Source: Bacteroidales bacterium (GTDB lineage: Bacteria; Bacteroidota; Bacteroidia; Bacteroidales; NBLH01). From it: a stretch of 64,000 bases of DNA. The stretch is from contig JAFGWC010000002.1 of assembly GCA_016937695.1 (NCBI GenBank), positions 2,317 through 66,316 on the forward strand, read 5' to 3'. A program made the position numbers and the translations under genes. Shown in pieces: positions 19,865 through 29,454 of this stretch. Under the pieces are notes generated by a model. That model was given only the letters and a program-made list of their open reading frames with translations, had not been told where the DNA came from and searched no databases. Every line of letters begins with the position of its first letter. The stretch's first letter is position 1.

Positions 19865-20740
19865 TTATAAGTCTAATATTCGAGTCAGAATTTTTTCAAT
19901 TAGTATTTCCATTGATTTTTTATAATCTTCGCTGTATTCCTTTCTAACTCTATTAGCAATTATATTACAAACAGTTACAGCATTGTGTCCTAAAAGTTTA
20001 GACAATCCATAAATTGCAGAACTTTCCATTTCAAAATTTGTAATTCTTTTATTATTAAATTTAAACGAAGCTATTTTGTCATTCAAACCAGAATCATTTA
20101 AAGGCAATCTTAAAACTCTTCCTTGTGGCGCATAAAATCCTGGTGCTGAAATTGTTAAGCCTTTAATCATATCTTTCCCAATTACATTTAACAAATGCGG
20201 TGACGAGTTTATAAAATATGGGACTGCTAATTTTGAATACCAGTTTGTATGTTCTAAAAATGCTTTTTCTATTTCCAGATTACAAATTTCATCTCTATTT
20301 GCATAATATGATAATAAACCATCAAACCCAATTGCCATTTCTGAAATTACTGGCGTATCTACCGGAATATCTTCCTGAATAGCACCTGATGTGCCTATCC
20401 TAATTATATTCAAGGCTTTATGACTATCTTTAGCTATTCTGGTTTTCAAATCAATATTGCAAATTGCATCTAATTCATTCAAAACTATATCAATATTATC
20501 TGTTCCTATACCTGTAGAAACAACTGATATTCTTTTGCCTTTATAAATTCCAGTATTTGTTCTAAATTCTCTGTTTTGAACTTCATATTCAATTTTATCA
20601 AAATGCTTTGATACCATTTCAACTCTGTCCTGATCGCCAACTAAAATAACATTTTCAGCAATTTGCTCAGGTAAAAGGTGTAAATGAAAAATGCTTCCGT
20701 CTTTATTTAATATTAATTCTGATTCTTCTATTCTTCTCAC
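19865..20740 (-). CDS. nucleoside phosphorylase (PNP/UDP family)
   Basis: GTG start. ILVGDQDRV, VVSTGIGTDNIDIVLNEL, RIGTSGAIQ and FEMESSAIY are motifs of the PNP_UDP_1 family. Confidence 0.75.
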   Translation of the reverse strand: MRRIEESELILNKDGSIFHLHLLPEQIAENVILVGDQDRVEMVSKHFDKIEYEVQNREFRTNTGIYKGKRISVVSTGIGTDNIDIVLNELDAICNIDLKTRIAKDSHKALNIIRIGTSGAIQEDIPVDTPVISEMAIGFDGLLSYYANRDEICNLEIEKAFLEHTNWYSKLAVPYFINSSPHLLNVIGKDMIKGLTISAPGFYAPQGRVLRLPLNDSGLNDKIASFKFNNKRITNFEMESSAIYGLSKLLGHNAVTVCNIIANRVRKEYSEDYKKSMEILIEKILTRILDL

Positions 20741-20879
20741 TTTTTAAGATTTTAAATAATTTATAATTAAGTCAACAAAATAATGATTTTTTTATCAACC
20801 TACAATGATTTTTATTTAATTATGTTCCATTTTAATACTTTTCTATTATTTTGCTAAAAGATTTTTTCATTAAAAAACA

Positions 20880-23090
20880 TTAATTACTTGGATTCCTTTT
20901 CATTCTTTCTTTATTAATGATGTTTCCCTTTTCATCATAAAAAATCCATTTGCCTCGTTTTTCATTATCTTTATATTTGCCTTTTATTTTTATACTTCCT
21001 GTTTTGTAATAAAATTCAGCATCGCCATCTAATTTTCCATCTTCACAATTAAGATTTGCTTTTTGAGCTCCATTTTCGTAAAATTCTTGATAAAGACCGT
21101 TAATTAAATCATTTTCATAATTTATTTCGGCTAATTTATTCTCATTTTTATCATCATAGAAGAAAAATGCAACTCCATCAACATTGCCTTCTTTATAATT
21201 TACTGAGCTTTTCAAATTTCCACTTGGATAATATGAGCGCCAAAGATTATTTAATAAATGGTTAGTTATTCGTCCTTCAAACCTAATTGTCTTATTATCT
21301 GCATAATAAGCTCTATAAGGTCCATCATTTTTCAATATTGAATCTTCCAGAATTATTTTAAATGTTAATGAATCAAATTGTTCTTTCTGCAAATCATCGG
21401 ATGCTTTTTTCTCAAACTTTTCAAGTTCTTCATATAAAGCAGCATCTTCATTATAATCTGCTATCATAATAGTTTTAAACAAATCTCCTTTTGAAACTAA
21501 CTGAAATCCAATTCTATTAAAACTCAGAATTAAATCTTTATTTTCTTTTATGGATTTTTTTGTTTCATCATTTGAAAAAGTGTAAATATTAGAATACAAT
21601 TTTGGCATTTGAAGAAATATAGTAATATTAGATTTTTGCTCAAATTCGTCTTTGAAATCCATAAATGATTGCTTATGAGACAATGTGTGTCCTTTTAAAT
21701 AATCATCAATAATTTCTTTTAATGCATCCAGAGAATTACTAAAAACCACAAAATCTTCAATATAAGTAAAATACGGTTTTTCCAATTTTTCAAACAACTT
21801 TCCAAAAAACATTTTAAAAAAACCTTTTCTTTCTAAATAGTTTATTTCGAAATTTTTATAATTGATTATATCAAATTTTAATGGACTTCTTTTTCTTATT
21901 TGTTTTGTAATATGATTTAATCCTTTTTTCGCATTATTTATATCAATCGCATTTACTGCAACTATAACATCTTCAAGTCTTGCGCTGTTTTTAGGAAGCA
22001 GTTTTACAAATGCAATTTCTTCACCAATCCAATCAAAAAAGTCTTCTTGCATATTAATTCCAAGTAACTTTTCAATCAGATTAACATTTTTGCTGTAGTC
22101 TTCCATGTCTTTCGCGTTTCCAGTTGCATACTGGCTAATCAAACTCTGAAACAACATATTATAGCTTTTAAAACTGATAGAAAAATATAAAGCTGTTTGA
22201 TTCGAAATTATTTCATATGCACTAATTTTACCAGGTTTAACATCAGAAAGAGCACTTAAATATGAAGGTAACGAATCCAAAACAGTAAATCCATCAAAAC
22301 TTAGTCTATTATTATATAAGTTCATATTAAAAGCTGAGTAAACTAATAAATTTGCTAATGCCAGACTATATTCGTTCATATCATCGGCATAAATATTCAA
22401 AAAGTTTGGTAATTGCTTATAATTAAAATAAAATTTAAACAATCTATTTGAACTTAATTCTCCTGCAACTTCTTGATATTGTTTATTTTTCTTCCAAAAA
22501 CCTGAATCTTTACTATCAATTGCTCTTTCAATTAGTTCGCCTGTAAAAGTTGCAATTAATAAATTATCTACAACCGCAAAATAAATTGCACTATCTGGCT
22601 GATTTAAATCAATAAATTCAATAATTTCTACTTCATGAAACTTTCTCTTTTTCACTTTATATCCTTCAACTAAATCTAAAGCATTAAATGCTTTTGAAAT
22701 AGATTTTGATGTTTGTAAATCAATAACAAATAAAAAATCATAATCTACTCCTGAAATCATGTGAGCTGAAACCAACATTTCTCTATTTTTCAATATCAAT
22801 CCAATGGCTGTATTTCTTTTTAGATAATCATCAAGTAAAACAGCATAATCGTTAATATCTTTAAAATGCTCATTTTGTAATAGATGTTTCCAAATATTAC
22901 TTTCACTAATTGCAGTCCATGCCTCACTTAAATTAGAAGTTTCAATTACAAAAACAGCATCTGCCGGAACAACGCTAAAATCGTTTCTTACATTGTTTTC
23001 AGCAATATAGTTATCATAAACATACCATGCTCCAACAGAAATTCCAATTAGAATTATTAACACAAAAAACCATTTGAAAAACTTTTTCAT
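20880..23090 (-). CDS. large membrane-anchored protein (DUF3352-like body) with C-terminal MORN-variant (YwqK-type) repeats
   Basis: N-terminal TM anchor. The C-terminal 130 aa carry repeated Y..G.....Y..G..dG motifs (YPSGNLKSSVNYKEGNVDG, YENGAQKANLNCEDGKLDG, YKTGSIKIKGKYKDNEKRGKW). Confidence 0.55.
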   Translation of the reverse strand: MKKFFKWFFVLIILIGISVGAWYVYDNYIAENNVRNDFSVVPADAVFVIETSNLSEAWTAISESNIWKHLLQNEHFKDINDYAVLLDDYLKRNTAIGLILKNREMLVSAHMISGVDYDFLFVIDLQTSKSISKAFNALDLVEGYKVKKRKFHEVEIIEFIDLNQPDSAIYFAVVDNLLIATFTGELIERAIDSKDSGFWKKNKQYQEVAGELSSNRLFKFYFNYKQLPNFLNIYADDMNEYSLALANLLVYSAFNMNLYNNRLSFDGFTVLDSLPSYLSALSDVKPGKISAYEIISNQTALYFSISFKSYNMLFQSLISQYATGNAKDMEDYSKNVNLIEKLLGINMQEDFFDWIGEEIAFVKLLPKNSARLEDVIVAVNAIDINNAKKGLNHITKQIRKRSPLKFDIINYKNFEINYLERKGFFKMFFGKLFEKLEKPYFTYIEDFVVFSNSLDALKEIIDDYLKGHTLSHKQSFMDFKDEFEQKSNITIFLQMPKLYSNIYTFSNDETKKSIKENKDLILSFNRIGFQLVSKGDLFKTIMIADYNEDAALYEELEKFEKKASDDLQKEQFDSLTFKIILEDSILKNDGPYRAYYADNKTIRFEGRITNHLLNNLWRSYYPSGNLKSSVNYKEGNVDGVAFFFYDDKNENKLAEINYENDLINGLYQEFYENGAQKANLNCEDGKLDGDAEFYYKTGSIKIKGKYKDNEKRGKWIFYDEKGNIINKERMKRNPSN

Positions 23091-23269
23091 ATTTTTTATT
23101 TTATTAATTTTTTAAACTAGCGCAAAAAATAATTACAAAATAAGTAACCAATATTACTGTTAAAATAATAGAATTTTGCAATAAATTACAAATAATCTTT
23201 ACATTATTTTAAAATTTATATATCAAAGTTTTGGTATATTTGCCAAATTTAAAATAAAATTTATTAAAT

Positions 23270-24523
23270 ATGTACGAAACAATTTTTTATATAATAATTG
23301 CAATAATAATATTTGAGTTTATTTTTTCAAGAACTCTCGATAAGCTTAATTCATCGTGGCGAAACAAAAAACTGCCTCTTGAATTAGAAGATATTTATGA
23401 TGCTGAGAAATATTTAAAATCGCAGGAATATGGAAGCGTAAATAGTAAATTCGCTCTTTTTTCAAGTTCTTTTCAGCTAATTTTAATTTTAATAATGTTA
23501 TTCCTAGGCGGATTTGCTTATTTCGATAATATTGCTGCTCAATATTCAGAAAATCCGGTTATTATTTCGTTGTTGTTTTTTGGTATTCTTTTCCTTCTTT
23601 CTGATATTTTAAATATACCTTTTGATATATATTCCACTTTTGTAATCGAAGAAAAATTCGGATTTAATAAAACTACTGTTAAAACTTTTATCCTTGATAA
23701 AATAAAATCATTATTGTTAACAATTCTGATTGGCGGATTAATTTTAGCAATAATTGTATGGTTCTATTACGAAACAACTGATATGTTTTGGATTTATGCT
23801 TGGATTCTTATAAGTGTATTTTCAATATTTATAGCCATGTTTTATTCAAATTTGATTGTTCCTCTTTTTAACAAACAAACGCCTTTAGAAGAAGGAGAAT
23901 TAAAAGACGCCATAAATAAATTCAGCCAAAAAGCCGGTTTTAAAGTTGAAAACATTTTTGTTATTGATGGTTCAAAGCGTTCATCAAAAGCAAATGCATA
24001 TTTTACAGGTTTAGGAAAGAAAAAAAGAATCGTATTGTATGATACTCTTATAAATGATTTGAAAACAAATGAAATTGTAGCAGTACTTGCTCATGAAATA
24101 GGACATTATAAACTAAAACACACTCTATATTCAATGATATTTTCTATTTTACAAACAGGAATTATTTTCTTTATTCTATCATTATTTATTGATAATATTA
24201 ATCTTTCTAAAGCACTTGGCAGCGACAAAGTTACTTTTGAACTTGGGATTATTGCTTTTGGGATTTTATTTAGTCCAATTTCTACAATTATCGGTTTTGC
24301 TATGAATATATTTTCAAGAAAAAATGAATATCAAGCTGACAAATTTGCAGCTGATTATGAAATGGGAAATAATTTAATTTCAGCATTAAAAAAATTATCG
24401 GCAAATAGCCTTAGTAATTTAACTCCTCATCCTGCATATATTTTTGTATATTATTCACATCCAAGCCTTTATCAAAGAATTTTGTCAATAAAAAGTAATT
24501 CTTTAAATAGTACAATAAATTAA
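23270..24523 (+). CDS. M48-family zinc metalloprotease (Ste24/CAAX prenyl protease type)
   Basis: Multi-TM N-terminus, HEIGHYKLKH (HEXXH) and downstream NEYQADKFA, as in the Ste24 family. Confidence 0.8.
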   Translation: MYETIFYIIIAIIIFEFIFSRTLDKLNSSWRNKKLPLELEDIYDAEKYLKSQEYGSVNSKFALFSSSFQLILILIMLFLGGFAYFDNIAAQYSENPVIISLLFFGILFLLSDILNIPFDIYSTFVIEEKFGFNKTTVKTFILDKIKSLLLTILIGGLILAIIVWFYYETTDMFWIYAWILISVFSIFIAMFYSNLIVPLFNKQTPLEEGELKDAINKFSQKAGFKVENIFVIDGSKRSSKANAYFTGLGKKKRIVLYDTLINDLKTNEIVAVLAHEIGHYKLKHTLYSMIFSILQTGIIFFILSLFIDNINLSKALGSDKVTFELGIIAFGILFSPISTIIGFAMNIFSRKNEYQADKFAADYEMGNNLISALKKLSANSLSNLTPHPAYIFVYYSHPSLYQRILSIKSNSLNSTIN

Positions 24524-24534
24524 TATCACATAAA

Positions 24535-25782
24535 ATGAAAGCAGAAATTATAACAATTGGTGATGAAATACTAATTGGCCAAATTATCGATAGCAATTCT
24601 GCATGGATTGCAGAACAACTAAATTTAAACGGAATAAAAGTAAATCAAATACTTTCTATTTCTGATTCTGAAAAACATATATTAGATACTTTAAGTAATA
24701 TCTCAAAAGAAACTGATATCGTTATTATGACTGGAGGCTTAGGCCCAACAAAAGATGATATTACAAAAAAAACTTTATGCAATTTTTTTGATTCTAAACT
24801 TATTTTTAACGATGAAGTTTTTAAAGACATTGAAAAATTCTTTGAAACCAGAAATATCCCGCTTTTAGAGGAAAATAGAAAACAAGCTGAATTACCTGAA
24901 AAATGTACTGTAATAAGAAATTATTTTGGAACAGCTTCTGGAATGTGGTTTGAAAAAAACGGACAAGTATTTGTTAGCTTACCCGGAATTCCTTTTGAAA
25001 TGAAGGAATTAATTTCTGGCGGAGTTATTCCTTTAATAAAAGAAAAATTCAAACTGCCAGTTATTATCCACAGAACTATTCTCACACACGGAATTCCTGA
25101 ATCATCAATGGCAAAAATAATTGAAGATTGGGAAACAAATTTAAATAAAAATTTGAAACTTGCTTATCTACCTTCACCTGAGCATCTTAGACTTAGACTG
25201 AGCATTATCGGTGATGATAAAAAAGAGCTGGAATCCATTATTGAATATGCAGAAATTGAACTTACAAAACTGATAAAAAAATCAATTTTCGGATACGAAA
25301 AACAAACGCTTCAAGAAGTAATAGGAATAATTTTAAAAGAAAGAAATGCAACATTATCAACTGCCGAAAGTTGTACAGGAGGAAATATTGCTCGCTTAAT
25401 CACTTCTATTAATGGAAGTTCTTCATATTTTAAAGGTTCTGTTATTGCATATTCAAATGAAATAAAAGAAAAAATATTAAATGTTAATAAAGGAGACATT
25501 GAGAAACATGGTGCTGTAAGCAAAGAAGTAGTTACACAAATGGCTTTGGGAATTAAAAAGTTATTTAATACAGATTATGCAATAGCAACTTCAGGCATTG
25601 CCGGACCTGATGGCGGAACTGATGAAAAACCAATTGGCACTACTTGGATAGCAGTTGCTGGTCCTGATGGAATTTCAGTAAAAAAATATTCATTTGGGAC
25701 AAGAAGAGATATCAATATAAGAAGAGCTTCGTCAAAAGCACTCGATAAATTAAGAAAATTTATTTTAAATTATGATGATTAA
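24535..25782 (+). CDS. cinA: competence/damage-inducible protein CinA (MoCF-binding domain + nicotinamide-nucleotide amidohydrolase domain)
   Basis: MKAEIITIGDEILIGQIIDSNSAWIA, GGLGPTKDDITK, and a C-terminal PncC-like LSTAESCTGGNIA...ATSGIAGPDGG. Confidence 0.9.
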   Translation: MKAEIITIGDEILIGQIIDSNSAWIAEQLNLNGIKVNQILSISDSEKHILDTLSNISKETDIVIMTGGLGPTKDDITKKTLCNFFDSKLIFNDEVFKDIEKFFETRNIPLLEENRKQAELPEKCTVIRNYFGTASGMWFEKNGQVFVSLPGIPFEMKELISGGVIPLIKEKFKLPVIIHRTILTHGIPESSMAKIIEDWETNLNKNLKLAYLPSPEHLRLRLSIIGDDKKELESIIEYAEIELTKLIKKSIFGYEKQTLQEVIGIILKERNATLSTAESCTGGNIARLITSINGSSSYFKGSVIAYSNEIKEKILNVNKGDIEKHGAVSKEVVTQMALGIKKLFNTDYAIATSGIAGPDGGTDEKPIGTTWIAVAGPDGISVKKYSFGTRRDINIRRASSKALDKLRKFILNYDD

Positions 25783-26594
25783 ATAACCGAATAATTTATT
25801 GGATTGCAAATTTTGCCGAAAAATAATATTGCTCCGCTAGTATTTTCTTTAATTATAAAAATAAAAGGTCTGTTAATAATAAATGAGTTTTCGGAATTTT
25901 TATTTTTATAAAACAATAAACTATTTTGTGCTTTGCTATTATCAACTCTCATTATAACAGCATGATTAGAATTACTTGTTTCAGAAAATTTTTCTGCTGA
26001 AGTTTTAACAACATATTTTAGATGAAATTTTGGAAAAAAAACTTGCATCTTTTTTTTTCTGTAATTTTCGCTTATTTTTTTTATTCCAGATATACTTATT
26101 TCTCTGGCAATCTCATTAATTGATTTTTCTGAATTAGAAATTATAATTTGTATAATGTAGTTATGCTGTTTTAAAGGAATCTCAATTGAAGAAATATTCC
26201 TGTCAGAATAATAATTAATAAAATCAGTATTTGAAATCATCTTATGCAATCCACTATTACATGGACTATAATAAAAAGGCATTTCCACTTCATTTTTATT
26301 AAAATTATTGCTGATAATAAAGCTGTAAACATTTTCTCTTAAATCATTATTTAATAATTTAAGAGGATTATTTATTGTCAAAGGAGATATTATTACATTC
26401 TCGGCTTCAGGATTTAACGAAAGTTCTGCTTTAAATAAATTTAAACCTGATGAATTAGCTCTATTAATGCCAAATTTTACTTTAGAATCAATTTTGTATT
26501 CTTGTGGCAATACTTCACTATTTTGCTCTTTTTTACACACAATAAGCAAAGTGGAAATCATTAAGAAAAATAATATTTTAAAAAATAGATTCAT
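25779..26594 (-). CDS. short, divergent serpin-like secreted protein (271 aa)
   Basis: Signal peptide. NVIISPLTI (serpin N-terminal SP.S motif), FFPKFHLKY (PKF strand) and the C-terminal signature INRPFIFIIKENTSGAILFFGKICNP. About 100+ aa shorter than canonical serpins. Confidence 0.45.
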   Translation of the reverse strand: MNLFFKILFFLMISTLLIVCKKEQNSEVLPQEYKIDSKVKFGINRANSSGLNLFKAELSLNPEAENVIISPLTINNPLKLLNNDLRENVYSFIISNNFNKNEVEMPFYYSPCNSGLHKMISNTDFINYYSDRNISSIEIPLKQHNYIIQIIISNSEKSINEIAREISISGIKKISENYRKKKMQVFFPKFHLKYVVKTSAEKFSETSNSNHAVIMRVDNSKAQNSLLFYKNKNSENSFIINRPFIFIIKENTSGAILFFGKICNPINYSVI

Positions 26595-26843
26595 AAAACT
26601 GTAATCCTTTATATTTAAGATGCATAAAGTTGCTAAAAAGATGCAAAATTTTTAATTTCTTTGACCAAAAGCTATTACCATTATTTAAGTTTATTCATTT
26701 GATTGATAATTTGCAAACCAGCAATAAAAATAATGTAGCTAAAAAAGCTTTTTTTGATAAAATAATTAAATAACGCAACCTTTTTATTTCATCATTCATC
26801 ATATTAATGTAATTTTGGGAAATACATTTTCCAAAAGGCTATT

Positions 26844-27404
26844 TTGATAGAGACAGAAGACATCATAAAAGGTTGTGTTGCAGGTAAAGCTGAAGCACAA
26901 GAGGCTTTATTTAAAAAGTACTCTAAGAAGATGTTTGGCCTATGCTTAAGATATACAAAAGATTATTCGGCAGCAGAGGATGTGTTGCAAGATGGGTTTA
27001 TTAAAGTATTAACAAATATTTCTTCTTACAAGTGGAAAGGCTCTTTTGAAGGCTGGATAAGACGCATTATGATAAATACTGCTTTAGAAAGATACAGAAA
27101 ACAATTTCAAATGTTTTCTATCAGTGATAATCAGGAAATAAATGAAAAATTTATTTCAAATGAAATTATTGAAGATATTTCAGCAGAAGACTTATTGAAA
27201 CTTGTTCAAGAATTACCACCAGCATACAAAATGGTTTTTAATATGTACGCAATTGATGGTTTTTCGCATAAAGAAGTTAGTGAAATTTTAAATATTTCGA
27301 TTGGCACTTCTAAATCAAATTTATCTCGTGCCAGAAAAATATTACAATTAAAAGTTGAAAAACATTTTATTTTGCCAAAAGAAGAACAACAAAAAAGATG
27401 TTAA
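26844..27404 (+). CDS. ECF-type RNA polymerase sigma-70 family factor
   Basis: TTG start. Region 2 (EDVLQDGFIKV...FEGWIRRIMINTALERYRK) and region 4 (MVFNMYAIDGFSHKEVSEILNISIGTSKSNLSRARKIL). Confidence 0.85.
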   Translation: MIETEDIIKGCVAGKAEAQEALFKKYSKKMFGLCLRYTKDYSAAEDVLQDGFIKVLTNISSYKWKGSFEGWIRRIMINTALERYRKQFQMFSISDNQEINEKFISNEIIEDISAEDLLKLVQELPPAYKMVFNMYAIDGFSHKEVSEILNISIGTSKSNLSRARKILQLKVEKHFILPKEEQQKRC

Positions 27405-28789
27405 GAGAACGAAATGATATTGACGAATTATTTTCCGATTATCTAACTGATTATCAGGAAGATGTGCCTAGTTATATTTTCAAGAATATACAAAGCAATC
27501 TAAAAAAGGAAAAAGCAAAAGAATTTTCATTTAGAATGCAAAAAATTGCTGCAGCTATTGCTATTTTAATTGCTTTTGGTTTAGGATATTTTTCATCTGA
27601 ATTTAATGATTTAAAAAAACAAGTATCGAAAAATATTATTTTCGATACAAACTATTTTTTAAAAAATGATAAACAAAACTATTTCGTTAATAATGACAAG
27701 GAAGACAGCATAAAAGACTTGAAATCAAGCAAAATTGAAACTAAAGAAAATTCAGAATTAGCAATAAATATTAAATCTATAAATAATGAAATTAATATTG
27801 AGAATGAAAATTTAATCAACAACAGTTTTTTATTTAAATTTTTCGACTTTTCTAAAGGTGTATTTTCATTGAATGAAAATGGGAAAACATATATCAATGA
27901 AGATTCTAAGAAAAACTCGAGAAATAAAATTTTTACCCAATTATTAACCGATACCTTGTTATTAGCAGAAGGAAATCTCTATAATGGAGATTTCCTTATA
28001 GCTAATAAACAAAATAAAAAATCTAAATGGACTTTTGGAACTAAATTTTCACCGGTTTTTTCTTTTGCAAAAAATGCAAATCAAGAAGAAGAAATAAAAC
28101 CAGAAAATGATAATTCTGCGGCTAAATCAGAGATAATATCAAGTATTCCTGAAAATGAAACTATAGATAAATCGCTTACTTCTTTTTCAGGTGGTTTAAA
28201 CGTAAATTATCAAATATCAAGGCGTTGGAGTATTCAATCGGGTATTTTTTATTCAAAAAGGCGCCAAATTTCAGAAAATTTAATGAGTAGTACTTCTTTT
28301 TACGAAGAATCTGAAATGAAAGTATATACTCCTGTTGGCGAAAAATTTATTCAACAGCCAGTTAGTTATATTAATGAAATGGGCAGAGATGCAATTATAA
28401 CAAAAAATAGAGATGAAACTTTTTACTCTCTTGACATGAATTTTGTCAGCAATTTTAAATACATTGAACTACCTGTAATAATTAGATTCAAAATTATTGA
28501 TAAAAAAGTAGGTTTAGACATTCTAAGCGGTATTTCAACAAATATTTTGATTGCTAATTCGGCATCAATTATGATTGAAGAACAAGACTTATGGACCGGA
28601 TTAAATGAAGATATTAATCCTTTACTTTATGATGCTACGATTGGGTTTGGCTTAAATTATAATTTCTACAATAATTTCAATTTCAATATAGAGCCTACAT
28701 TTAAATATTCAATTATAAATCAAAATACTGTTTTAGAAAATTATCCTTATAGTTTTGCTGTATTTGCAGGATTTAGTTATACTTTTTAA
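27398..28789 (+). CDS. putative anti-sigma factor with single TM and C-terminal outer-membrane beta-barrel-like domain
   Basis: Overlaps the sigma gene by 7 nt. Short cytoplasmic N-terminus, TM IAAAIAILIAFGLGYF, an Asn/Lys-rich linker, then about 250 aa of alternating-hydrophobic beta-strand pattern ending ...FAGFSYTF (terminal Phe, OMP signature). Confidence 0.5.
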   Translation: MLRERNDIDELFSDYLTDYQEDVPSYIFKNIQSNLKKEKAKEFSFRMQKIAAAIAILIAFGLGYFSSEFNDLKKQVSKNIIFDTNYFLKNDKQNYFVNNDKEDSIKDLKSSKIETKENSELAINIKSINNEINIENENLINNSFLFKFFDFSKGVFSLNENGKTYINEDSKKNSRNKIFTQLLTDTLLLAEGNLYNGDFLIANKQNKKSKWTFGTKFSPVFSFAKNANQEEEIKPENDNSAAKSEIISSIPENETIDKSLTSFSGGLNVNYQISRRWSIQSGIFYSKRRQISENLMSSTSFYEESEMKVYTPVGEKFIQQPVSYINEMGRDAIITKNRDETFYSLDMNFVSNFKYIELPVIIRFKIIDKKVGLDILSGISTNILIANSASIMIEEQDLWTGLNEDINPLLYDATIGFGLNYNFYNNFNFNIEPTFKYSIINQNTVLENYPYSFAVFAGFSYTF

Positions 28790-28821
28790 AAACCCAGCAG
28801 AGATAATTAATTGTAAATCAA

Positions 28822-29445
28822 TCAAAGGGTTTTTGAAAAATATTCCATGTAAATCAAGCCATTTTTAACATATTCCGGATTATGAGTAAATGGTTTGCCA
28901 TTTTTAGGAAATTCTTTTCCTGCATTATGTATATGAAAAGCATGCTTATATTCTTTTTTTCTTAAATAATCGCCATAAGTAATATTAATCCATTTTACAG
29001 ACCAATACAAATTGTTTTTACCAATTAATGTATCAAAAGGAATATTAAGAAAAATTGATTTATAACCCATTATTTGAAATGGTCCATATGAATATGCTAA
29101 AAGCTTAATTTCTTTTTTTGAAAATTTGCTCAAATCAGACTTTGTTATATTTTCAAATTTATTTAATTTCCCTTTTTTAATTAAAAGTAGCTTTTCATAC
29201 ACTTTTTTCTCAAATCTTGGTGTTACATTTTTTTTTCCGCTAGATTCAAGCACGATAACAGCCATTAGATATTCTTTTGGAAGATTAAAATGTTTAGATA
29301 ATGTGTCTATTTTAATTTTATAATTATGATTTGCCCTGTCATAACCGTTTTTAAACTCATCTTCATCTTTAGGATTATTATATAAAATTGTTGATATTAT
29401 TATAAAAATAAAGACAATAGCATAAGTAGATAATAATTTCTTCAC
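28822..29445 (-). CDS. lysozyme-like / N-acetylmuramidase-family protein (membrane anchored)
   Basis: LMAVIVLESSGK (catalytic Glu-Ser context) and YGPFQIMGY resemble SLT/DUF3380 muramidase motifs. Confidence 0.45.
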   Translation of the reverse strand: MKKLLSTYAIVFIFIIISTILYNNPKDEDEFKNGYDRANHNYKIKIDTLSKHFNLPKEYLMAVIVLESSGKKNVTPRFEKKVYEKLLLIKKGKLNKFENITKSDLSKFSKKEIKLLAYSYGPFQIMGYKSIFLNIPFDTLIGKNNLYWSVKWINITYGDYLRKKEYKHAFHIHNAGKEFPKNGKPFTHNPEYVKNGLIYMEYFSKTL

Positions 29446-29454
29446 CTAAGTTTC

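Noticed and set aside
23235-23242. TATATTTG as a Bacteroidota -7 promoter element (TAnnTTTG) 28 nt upstream of the M48 protease ATG
   Set aside because: The sequence fits the consensus, but no properly spaced -33 TTTG was found and the motif is short in AT-rich DNA. Not strong enough to report as a feature.
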